Part shown: positions 8,603-15,762 of the stretch, piece by piece
How the letters are laid out: every line of letters starts with the position of its first letter
Position numbering within the stretch: the first letter of the stretch is position 1
From: Deltaproteobacteria bacterium
Lineage (GTDB): Bacteria; Desulfobacterota; Binatia; UBA9968
Direction: 5' to 3'
Assembly (NCBI GenBank): GCA_030688735.1
Contig: JAUYJC010000392.1
Location: 1 to 17,315, forward strand
Length of the DNA stretch: 17,315 nt
Notes under the pieces: generated by a model
What the model saw: only the letters and a program-made list of their open reading frames with translations
Told to the model about the DNA's origin: nothing
The model's database searches: none
Made by a program: the position numbers and the translations under genes

Positions 8603-9280
8603 TCAGGGCTGTTTCGCAATCCGATCGGGTGGCACAGGCCCCTCATAGCGCTCCACCTGAACCAGGTTGCTGACATGCCCCGGCGTCGTAGGGCTCTCTG
8701 AGTCGGTCAAGAAAATATTGGGGGTGCAGCCCCAATCTACCCCCTCTTTGTCCGGCTCGTAGTTGCCGCCGTGGTGGATCACCACAATCCCCGGCATCAT
8801 CCGCGATGTGACGTATGCCGGAATAATCCCCACGCCTTTATCGTTGAAGGCCCGCACGAGATCCCCGTCTTCGATTCCACGAGCCTGCGCGTCAGCTGGA
8901 TTCATCCAGGCCGCGTGACGGTAGCAGTCACCCTTAAGCCAGGGCACGTTCCAGAATGTGGTGTGCATGCGGTAGCGAGGATAGGCGGTTAGCAGGAACA
9001 GAGGAAAGCGCTTGACATCCTTATCCTCCATGCCCCGGTACGTCGGTTGGTAAGCCGGAAGAGGCGGCAGGTCGCGCCAGTCGTTGGGCAGGTTGTCGAT
9101 CAACTGGCCATATCCGTCAATATGCAATTTCCCTCTCTGGGATTCGTCGGCGAGGAGTTCACTGAAGATTTCGATCTTGCCGGTGCGGGTCTTGAAGGGC
9201 TTGCCGTCTTGGATCTGGTCTCGAAACCCATGATAGGGGCGGTCGAAAATGGGGTCAAAAATGAAAATGAGGTCAGGCAA
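8603..9280 (-). pseudogene. C-terminal fragment (about 225 aa) of a molybdopterin (bis-MGD) oxidoreductase, DMSO-reductase family, containing the molybdopterin-dinucleotide-binding domain IV; the N-terminal roughly 500-700 aa is absent
   Basis: FPLFLLTAYPRYRMHTTFWNVPWLKG..AWMNPADAQARGIEDGDLVRAFNDKGVGIIPAYVTSRMMPGIVVIHHGG...GCTPNIFLTDSESPTTPGHVSNLVQVERY is the conserved C-terminal domain IV (Molydop_binding) pattern. An in-frame stop lies just upstream of Met1, and the upstream DNA is the tandem-repeat array. The catalytic and Mo-binding domains are therefore missing. Confidence 0.7.
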
Positions 9281-9328
9281 ACCTTTTCGATCTTTTTCTA
9301 AAACAAGAAACCGACAAAAAGGTTAGCC

Positions 9329-9394
9329 TGACACCTTCATGACACCTTCAAATGACACCTTCAGACACCTTCACACCTTCATCTGACACCTTCA
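9329..9394. repeat. tandem array of about six units of (T)GACACCTTCA (unit 8-13 bp, slightly irregular)
   Basis: Read directly: TGACACCTTCA TGACACCTTCA AATGACACCTTCA GACACCTTCA CACCTTCA TCTGACACCTTCA. The array abuts the truncated oxidoreductase fragment. The units are contiguous with no unique spacers, so this is not a CRISPR array. Confidence 0.8.
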
Positions 9395-9400
9395 TTGCAG

Positions 9401-9586
9401 CTATTGTTTTTTCAGATCGAGCGTTCCGGTGAACACGCCTGGCTGGCCGGTATCATAGTAGCGGCCAGTGGTCGAGTAGGAGCCGCGGAGCCACATGTTT
9501 TTCTCCGCGTCGTCCCGATACAACGGGAGCTGGATCAAATGATCTGGGCCTAAGTCGAGCTGAGGATTTTGGGCCGGGTCTTGCAA
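9401..9586 (-). other. orphan 61-aa ORF (frame open to 9604 with no further start codon); probably the C-terminal remnant of an unidentified gene
   Basis: The translation is ..HYRYCVMQDPAQNPQLDLGPDHLIQLPLYRDDAEKNMWLRGSYSTTGRYYDTGQPGVFTGTLDLKKQ*. It ends exactly at the tandem array. It lies within a segment flanked by 21-23-bp direct repeats (9315-9339 and 9705-9727). I recognise no family. Confidence 0.2.
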
Positions 9587-9776
9587 TCACACAATATCGT
9601 AATGCTAAACGGGGAGAGTTTGAGCTAGCCCCGATTTCACGGACAGGTAAATTAAGGGGCCCGTGTCCGACTTGCGGACCTTGCAAAAGTGAATCGCGAC
9701 GGAGGAAAAAGGTTCCTGACACCTTTTCAAGGAAGATGAAAAGCAAAAGTCTGGCACGGAACATAAAATCAATATT

Positions 9777-11285
9777 ATGAAGCCTGACACCAACGCCAAG
9801 CGGTGCCCCTCGGATAAGATTCTCGTGGTTTACGGCAAGGTGGGACAAGGACAATCGGCAAATTGCATCCACGGCGGAGGCACCCTGATTTGGCCGCTGA
9901 TTCAAGATTACGCTTACATGAGCCTGACGCCGATGACCATTCCCATTCCGCTGCAGAAGGCGTTGTCGCTGCAGAACATCCGGATCAATGTTCCCTCGAC
10001 TTTTACCGTCGGTATCAGCACCGAACCCGCGATCATGACTGCCGCCGCAGAGCGTTTGCTCAACCAGACCCAAAACCAGATCGAAGAGATGGCCCGAGAA
10101 ATAATCTTCGGACAGCTGCGCTTGACCGTGGCTTCGCTCACCATCGAACAGATCAACCAGGATCGCGAATCGTTCCTCGAGTCGATCCGTAAAAACGTCG
10201 CGCCGGAGCTAAACAAAATCGGTCTCTATTTGATCAACGTCAATATCACGGACATCACGGACGAGTCGGGCTACATCGATTCAATCGGCAAAAAGGCGGC
10301 CTCGGAAGCGATCAACCAGGCCAAGGTCGATGTCGCCGAGCAAGACAAGATGGGCGCCATCGGCGAGGCCGAGGCGACCCGCGAGAAAACCATCCGTGTC
10401 GCCGAAAACGTCGCCGAATCGGAGAAAGGAAAAAAGAAAGCCGAAGCAGATCAGCGGGTTTTCGTCCAGCAGCAAGAGACCATGGCAACCATCGGCGAAG
10501 CCGCAGCCACGCGGGAAAAGGAAATTCGCGTAGCGGAAAATGTCGCGGAGGCAGAAAAGGGCAAAAAGAAGGCGGAAGCCGATCGGCGCGTCTTCATTCA
10601 GGGGCAGGAAGCTCAAGCCATCGATGGCGAGAACACAGCCAAGGCCAATATTGCAGCCTACAACGCCGAACTAGCGGTCAAGCAGGCCGAATCATTACAG
10701 CGTGGCGAGGTGGCAAAGCGCGAAGCCGAGGCGGAGATTCAAAAAGCTCAGGCCAAGGCCGAGCAAGAACGGCTGACCGCGGCCGAAGTGGTGCCCCAGG
10801 AGATCGAGAAGCGCAAGATCGAGATTGCCGCTGAAGCCCAAGCCGAGAAGACTCGACGCGAGGCGAAGGGCGTCGCCGACGCGATTTTGCTCAAGTACGA
10901 GGCCGAAGCTGAAGGCATTCGCAAGGTTCTCGACAGCAAAGCGGCCGGGTATCTGGAACTCGTCCGTGGCTGCAACGGCGACGCCAAAGCAGTGGCAACT
11001 CTGTTGATGACGGAAAAGGTCGAACAGATTGTGCACATGCAGGTTGAGGCGATTAAGGGTATCAAGATCGATAAGGTTACGGTTTGGGATTCCGGCAACA
11101 ACAATGGGAAAGATGGCACCTCCACCGCCAATTTCCTCGCCGGGCTAATCAAGAGCCTGCCGCCGCTGCACGACGTCGCCGCCATGGCCGGTATTGAGCT
11201 GCCCCAATATCTGGGCGATATGACTCCGGAAAAGACATCGACCTCGACCTCGACCGCGGAGAGCAAAACTATTGAAAACAAATGA
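9777..11285 (+). CDS. SPFH/band-7 flotillin-family protein (FloT/YqiK-like) lacking the usual N-terminal membrane anchor
   Basis: A 502-aa ORF. The SPFH core ILVVYGKVGQ...GGGTLIWPLIQDYAYMSLTPMTIPIPL...VNITDITDESGYIDSIGKKAASEAINQAKVDVAEQDK parallels B. subtilis FloT (ALIVTG..VRGGGTFVLPVFQ..LSL..LDV...IKDVRDKNGYLESLGKPRIAQVKRDADIA). A long E/A/K-rich coiled coil and a C-terminal VWDSGNNNG...AGIELPQYL region are also flotillin-like. The in-frame upstream sequence reaches a stop after 19 codons and has no hydrophobic segment. Confidence 0.85.
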   Translation: MKPDTNAKRCPSDKILVVYGKVGQGQSANCIHGGGTLIWPLIQDYAYMSLTPMTIPIPLQKALSLQNIRINVPSTFTVGISTEPAIMTAAAERLLNQTQNQIEEMAREIIFGQLRLTVASLTIEQINQDRESFLESIRKNVAPELNKIGLYLINVNITDITDESGYIDSIGKKAASEAINQAKVDVAEQDKMGAIGEAEATREKTIRVAENVAESEKGKKKAEADQRVFVQQQETMATIGEAAATREKEIRVAENVAEAEKGKKKAEADRRVFIQGQEAQAIDGENTAKANIAAYNAELAVKQAESLQRGEVAKREAEAEIQKAQAKAEQERLTAAEVVPQEIEKRKIEIAAEAQAEKTRREAKGVADAILLKYEAEAEGIRKVLDSKAAGYLELVRGCNGDAKAVATLLMTEKVEQIVHMQVEAIKGIKIDKVTVWDSGNNNGKDGTSTANFLAGLIKSLPPLHDVAAMAGIELPQYLGDMTPEKTSTSTSTAESKTIENK

Positions 11286-11506
11286 GGGACGATAGCCTCG
11301 CTTCGAACGACCAGCGGTTTTTCGTTTGCTAACCAGGAAATTGGCCGTGTCACACGAATGCGGTGAAGGGAGACGGAGACACAACAATGATTACAAACTT
11401 GACACCGACCGGCGAGCGGGACGGGAAAAGGGGACATCCTACTTAATGTTGACCGGGAAGCGTCGGGGGTCGGAGAACTATTTTGCCGCTTGCCGCTATC
11501 GGGCCT

Positions 11507-11782
11507 TCACGCGGAGAGTTTGATCTCGATCTCGGCGCCGAGGGCGCGGGCGACCTTTTTGAGCGTCGGCAACGACACCCGATCATAATTCCCCCCCTCC
11601 AGGCGCGCGATGTTGGGCTGTTGCATACCGACCCTCCGTGCGAGTTCGGCCTGGGTCCAGCCCTTCTTCAGCCTGGCTCGGATCAAACTCCGCGCGAGTT
11701 GAAACTCCGGGCCGAGCTTTTCATACTCTGTCCGTACCTTTAGGTTCTTAAGGAGTTTTTCTTTGTGCTGCCGGAAATTCAT
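11507..11782 (-). CDS. XRE-family HTH antitoxin (HigA-like)
   Basis: A 91-aa ORF. The Cro/C1-type HTH is KKGWTQAELARRVGMQQPNIARLEGG. Its start overlaps the stop of the upstream toxin gene by 4 nt (ATGA). Confidence 0.8.
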   Translation of the reverse strand: MNFRQHKEKLLKNLKVRTEYEKLGPEFQLARSLIRARLKKGWTQAELARRVGMQQPNIARLEGGNYDRVSLPTLKKVARALGAEIEIKLSA

Positions 11783-12153
11783 AGCCTGCCTCCTTGCCGT
11801 TGAATGTAATCTTTCATGCGCGCTTCGGCCGTTTGAAGTTCTCGCCTCGGTGTTTCCTGGGATTTCTTCTTGAATCCATGAAGGAGAATCAATTTTCTTC
11901 CGGTAACAGGAAAGAAGAAGACACGGTAAATCTCGCCAAACGAAATGAATCTCAGCTCTCTGAACTTAGGTATACCACGGATGTTCCTTACCCAGGGCTC
12001 GCGGAGAAGTAGACCGTAGTCCTCCAACAGCTCCAGAGAACGGATGAACTTCGCTTTTACTTGGGGTGAACGAGCGTCGATAAATTCGGTGACCGGAACT
12101 GTGCCGGCACCCGTTTGATAGTACTCGATCTCCCACGAAGTCAGCCTATCCAC
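11779..12153 (-). CDS. type II toxin, RelE/ParE superfamily, Gp49/HigB-like
   Basis: A 124-aa ORF with a GTG start. W.I.YY..G...PV.EF.......KAKFIRSLELLEDYGLLLREPWVRNIRG...ELRFISFGEIYRVFFFPVTGRKLILLHGFKKKSQETPRRELQTAEARMKDY is the Gp49 (PF05973-type) signature, including LLHGF.KKSQ.TP. Toxin-first, antitoxin-second gene order is typical of higBA. Confidence 0.85.
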   Translation of the reverse strand: MDRLTSWEIEYYQTGAGTVPVTEFIDARSPQVKAKFIRSLELLEDYGLLLREPWVRNIRGIPKFRELRFISFGEIYRVFFFPVTGRKLILLHGFKKKSQETPRRELQTAEARMKDYIQRQGGRL

Positions 12154-12160
12154 TGTGTCT

Positions 12161-12180
12161 GTATACCATATATGATATAC
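12161..12180. promoter_or_regulatory. imperfect 20-bp palindrome GTATACCATATATGATATAC just upstream of the higB-like start; candidate autoregulatory operator
   Basis: 18 of 20 positions are self-complementary. It lies 8-27 nt upstream of the GTG start at 12153 on the coding strand. Confidence 0.4.
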
Positions 12181-12284
12181 CCTGGCAACGAAGAGGCCGT
12201 GCCAGGCTTTAATAATTCAATTATCGCGCCCCTGGCGGTTTGCATACTTCGACACCCAGCTTAACCCAGAGAGGTTCCCTTTTA

Positions 12285-12313
12285 TTGACAATCCCGCCAC
12301 ATCCGTCTAACTT
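12285..12313 (+). promoter_or_regulatory. sigma70-like promoter candidate for the MerR-family gene: TTGACA(12285-12290), 17-nt spacer, TAACTT(12308-12313)
   Basis: A perfect -35 hexamer sits in an AT-rich stretch. The -10 hexamer is weak (3 of 6 matches). GAGGAG at 12339-12344 is a good RBS for the ATG at 12351. Confidence 0.35.
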
Positions 12314-12350
12314 ATAAAAACATTGTTGTTTTCATTTGAGGAGCGAGAGC

Positions 12351-12833
12351 ATGGACACTTATAACAGCAAACTCGCCAGCCGCATCGTCGGCGTGAGCCT
12401 GCGCCAGATTCAATATTGGGACGAGCAGGGCTTCATTCGCCCATCGGTCAAGCTTGCTGGTGGGCGGGGGACGAAACGGCTCTACTCCTTCCATGATCTA
12501 GTCTGTTTGAGGGTGGTGAAGGATCTGACCGATCGAGGTTTCAGCCTGCAAAAGATCGAGCGCGGCCTCAAGGCTCTTCGCGCTCACGGTGCGGTGAGCG
12601 CCAAGGATTCAGAGTCGCTGAAGTACTTAACCGACGGCGAACAGCTTTTCCTGATCACGAGCGATCGCGAGAAAATTCTCGGCGCCATGGAGCGTCATTT
12701 CGTTCTTTCTTTGGGCATCGGCAGCTTGGTGCGGGAGCTGACCGGGGCGGTCGAACAGGTCGCCGGCGGACGGCGCACGCAGCGCTCCGGCGCTTTGCGC
12801 CGTCTTGCGGAGAAACGGACCGGCTCGGCATAA
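12351..12833 (+). CDS. MerR-family transcriptional regulator
   Basis: ATG at 12351, with GAGGAG 7 nt upstream. The track's TTG at 12336 is less likely. YNSKLASRIVGVSLRQIQYWDEQGFIRPS...RLYSFHDLVCLRVVKDLTDRGFSLQKIERGLKAL is the MerR N-terminal winged HTH plus the start of the dimerisation helix. The C-terminal about 70 aa is unassigned. Confidence 0.7.
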   Translation: MDTYNSKLASRIVGVSLRQIQYWDEQGFIRPSVKLAGGRGTKRLYSFHDLVCLRVVKDLTDRGFSLQKIERGLKALRAHGAVSAKDSESLKYLTDGEQLFLITSDREKILGAMERHFVLSLGIGSLVRELTGAVEQVAGGRRTQRSGALRRLAEKRTGSA

Positions 12834-12839
12834 ATACTA

Positions 12840-13135
12840 GCCAAAAGTATTTGAAATTCGAAACGAAGAAGAGATCGGAAAGAACATATCTCGCGTAAAG
12901 ACGCAAAGAATAAACATTCGAAGCACGAAATCCGAAGCACGAAACTCGAAACAAATTCGAATGTTCAAATATGACCAAAATTCAAAACAACTTCAAATTG
13001 GATTCGAGGTTTTGGATTTTCCGAGTTTGCGCTTTATTTGGCTTTCGTTTGTTTCGGATTTCGATATTCGGATTTCGGATTTTGTTTCGTTGGCATGCTT
13101 GGACCGAGGACTTTTCTTGAAGTCATTTTGTAAAG
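12840..13135. repeat. about 300-bp AT-rich (roughly 35% GC) imperfect palindrome built from TTCGRA / CGAAAYC-type short repeats (for example GAAATCCGAAGCACGAAACTCGAAAC on the left versus GTTTCGGATTTCGATATTCGGATTTCGG on the right)
   Basis: Read directly. The left half (about 12915-12960) and the right half (about 13050-13095) are approximate reverse complements around a centre near 12995-13010. It lies between the MerR-family gene and mutS. No DnaA-box-like TTATCCACA was seen. Confidence 0.6.
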
Positions 13136-13159
13136 CAATTGAAGCGTAAGAAGCGCCTG

Positions 13160-15742
13160 ATGGAACCGCCCAAAATCACCCCGATGATGCAGCAGTACCT
13201 GCAGATCAAAGAGAGGTACCGCGACGCCATTCTGTTTTTTCGGCTCGGCGATTTCTACGAGATGTTCTTCGAGGACGCGCAGACGGCGGCAAAAATTCTC
13301 GACATCGCGCTCACCTCGCGCAACAAAAGCAATGATCAGTCGGTGCCGCTTTGCGGCGTGCCCTATCACTCCGCCGAGCCGTATATTCAAAAACTCCTCG
13401 ACGCGGGACATAAGGTCGCGGTTTGCGAGCAGGTGGAAGATCCGAAAACGGCCAAGGGCGTGGTGCAGCGCGAGGTGGTCCGGGTCATCACGCCGGGGAC
13501 CGTGACTGCGGCGGAGGCGCTGGATGCGCGGGGCAATAATTATCTGGCCGCTGTTTGCAGCGGACGGGGCGGCTACGGCCTGGCGGTTACGGATATCACG
13601 ACGGGGGAATTTCGCTGCACCGATCTCGTTGACGAGCAAACCCTCAGCGACGAGATCGCCCGAATCCATCCGAGCGAACTCCTGTTGATGGAAGGGGATA
13701 GCGGGTTGCGTCGCCGTGTTCAAAGAGACTTTCCGTCGCTTCATCTGACGCCGGTGGCGGCGACCCTGTTTTCCAATGTCGCCGCGCGCCGAATCGGTAC
13801 GGCGCGTGAAACCGGCGCTGAAGCCTGGGAGAACGGGGTTCGCGCGGCGTCGGCGATCATCGCCTATCTTGAAGCCAATGCTCCCGAGTCACTGAAAGTC
13901 CTACGCGACTTGGATCCCTACATGGCGTCGGCTTATCTTGTGCTCGATGAAACGACCCGAACGAACCTCGAACTGATCGCCAACTACCAGGGCGAGCGCA
14001 AGGGCTCGTTGCTGGCCATTATCGACCGGACCGTTACGCCGATGGGCGCCCGTCGCCTGCGCCAGTGGCTGCTCTATCCCTTGCGTGACGAGCAGGCGAT
14101 TCGCGCGCGGCAGGACGCGATTCTGGAACTGGTCGAGAATTTTACCTTGCGCCAGGATCTGAAACACGGGTTTGAGCCTGTGCAGGACCTTGAACGGCTT
14201 GCCGGCCGAACCGTGTCCGGCGCCGCGCAACCGAAGGATCTGGTCGCGATCAAAGAAACCCTGGGCGCGGTGGCCGAAGTGAGGGAGCATCTGCGCGCGG
14301 TTCAGACGGAGCTGCTGGTTCACCTTCGCGCGCAAGTTTCGGATCTTTCCGAGGTCAGCGCGCTGATCGAAAGGGCGATCGTTGACGATCCGCCCTTTTC
14401 CCTCAAAGAAGGCGGCGCCATCCGCGCCGGCTACGACGCCGAGCTGGACGAAATTCGCGGCGCGCGCGCCCACGCCAAGGAGTGGATCGCCAACTTCGAA
14501 GCGTCGGAACGGCGGCGCACCGGCATCCCATCGCTCAAAGTTCGCTACAATCGCGTGTTCGGCTACTACATCGAAATCACCAAGTCGCATCTCAAGGCCG
14601 CGCCCCAGGACTATATCCGCAAACAAACGCTGGCGAACGGTGAGCGCTACATCACGCCCGAGCTGAAGGAATACGAGACCAAGGTGCTCAATTCCCAGGA
14701 GCTGGCGGAAAAGCTGGAGAATGCGCTGGTTGCCCGCGTGCGCGAGCAAGTCGCCGCCTATTATCCCTCCCTCAAGGCTACCAGCGCGGGGCTCGCGGCG
14801 TTGGATGTTCTGGCGGGGCTTGCCGATGTGGCCGAGTCGCAACGCTTCATCCGACCCACCGTCGATGCCGGGTTTGATATCACGATCAGAGAGGGGCGCC
14901 ATCCGGTCGTCGAAGCCTCGGTGGGGCGCGGCGCTTTTGTGCCCAACGATTGCGCGATCGACCCCGCCGCCGATCAGATCATCCTGCTCACCGGACCGAA
15001 CATGGCGGGGAAATCCACTTACATGCGCCAGGTGGCGCTGATCGTGTTGCTCGCCCAAATGGGCAGTTTTGTGCCCGCTGCGGAAGCGCGCATTGGTATC
15101 GTCGATCGAATTTTCACCCGCATCGGCGCCGCGGACTCGCTGGCGCGGGGTGAATCAACCTTCATGGTCGAGATGAAGGAGACCGCGAACATCCTGCACC
15201 ACGCCACCGATCGCAGCCTGATTTTGCTCGACGAGGTCGGACGTGGCACGAGCACCTTCGACGGCATATCGATCGCCTGGGCCGTGGCAGAGTCGCTGCA
15301 CGACTCGGCGCAGCGGCCGCGCACGCTGTTCGCCACTCACTATCACGAGCTTACCGATTTGGCGCTCACCAAAACACGCATCAAAAATTACAATTTTGCG
15401 GTCAAGGAATGGCAAGGAGAAATCATATTTCTGCGCAACCTTGTGCCCGGCCCGGCGAGCCATAGCTACGGCATCCATGTCGCCCGGCTCGCCGGCTTGC
15501 CGGCTGCGGTGATCGAGAGGGCGAAGGAAATTCTCGCCAAGCTCGAAGGCGACGAGGGCGACCGTGAGAACCTGCGCAAGGAAACGGCGGGCAGCGTTGC
15601 GGCCGAACCGGTGCAGATGGCGCTCTTCGGTTCGGCGGACCGCAAGCTCCGCGAGGAGCTGAAACGAGTGGACGTCTCTCGGCTCACGCCAATGGAAGCG
15701 ATCAATCTGCTCGACAAATTATCGGAAGAGGCAAAAAAATAG
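13160..15742 (+). CDS. mutS: DNA mismatch repair protein MutS
   Basis: The canonical N-terminus is MEPPKITPMMQQYLQIKERYRDAILFFRLGDFYEMFFEDA. The ATG at 13160 is preferred over the track's TTG at 13139. Walker A is GPNMAGKSTYMRQ, and the ABC signature and DE box are ILLDEVGRGTSTFDG. The HTH dimerisation C-terminus is present. The protein is about 861 aa. Confidence 0.95.
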   Translation: MEPPKITPMMQQYLQIKERYRDAILFFRLGDFYEMFFEDAQTAAKILDIALTSRNKSNDQSVPLCGVPYHSAEPYIQKLLDAGHKVAVCEQVEDPKTAKGVVQREVVRVITPGTVTAAEALDARGNNYLAAVCSGRGGYGLAVTDITTGEFRCTDLVDEQTLSDEIARIHPSELLLMEGDSGLRRRVQRDFPSLHLTPVAATLFSNVAARRIGTARETGAEAWENGVRAASAIIAYLEANAPESLKVLRDLDPYMASAYLVLDETTRTNLELIANYQGERKGSLLAIIDRTVTPMGARRLRQWLLYPLRDEQAIRARQDAILELVENFTLRQDLKHGFEPVQDLERLAGRTVSGAAQPKDLVAIKETLGAVAEVREHLRAVQTELLVHLRAQVSDLSEVSALIERAIVDDPPFSLKEGGAIRAGYDAELDEIRGARAHAKEWIANFEASERRRTGIPSLKVRYNRVFGYYIEITKSHLKAAPQDYIRKQTLANGERYITPELKEYETKVLNSQELAEKLENALVARVREQVAAYYPSLKATSAGLAALDVLAGLADVAESQRFIRPTVDAGFDITIREGRHPVVEASVGRGAFVPNDCAIDPAADQIILLTGPNMAGKSTYMRQVALIVLLAQMGSFVPAAEARIGIVDRIFTRIGAADSLARGESTFMVEMKETANILHHATDRSLILLDEVGRGTSTFDGISIAWAVAESLHDSAQRPRTLFATHYHELTDLALTKTRIKNYNFAVKEWQGEIIFLRNLVPGPASHSYGIHVARLAGLPAAVIERAKEILAKLEGDEGDRENLRKETAGSVAAEPVQMALFGSADRKLREELKRVDVSRLTPMEAINLLDKLSEEAKK

Positions 15743-15762
15743 CGAACGAAGGGGACTCTTTT

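Noticed and set aside
9329-9394. A possible CRISPR array
   Set aside because: The units are 8-13 bp and directly abut one another with no unique spacers. This is a simple tandem repeat, not a repeat-spacer architecture.
9752-9770. A sigma54-like TGGCAC element just upstream of the flotillin start
   Set aside because: The -12 element would be ATAAA rather than TTGC(A/T). The spacing would also place the transcription start at the start codon. It is probably a chance match.
7229-11405. A shared TGAC(A/C)C motif among the 12-mer repeat (7229), the tandem array (9329) and a TGACACC at 11399
   Set aside because: A 7-mer is expected about twice by chance in a 17 kb window read on both strands. 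Only the similarity between the two repeat arrays is worth keeping in mind.
11286-11506. A tRNA or small-RNA gene in the convergent gap between flotillin and higA (contains GCTTCGAACGACC and a CGCT...AGCG hairpin followed by GTTTTTCG)
   Set aside because: It has no T-loop or D-loop architecture. The short hairpin plus T-run is more simply a weak terminator for the flotillin transcript.
12840-13135. A replication-origin (oriC) interpretation of the AT-rich palindrome
   Set aside because: No DnaA-box-like 9-mers (TTATCCACA or TGTGGATAA) were found, and dnaA/dnaN are not nearby.
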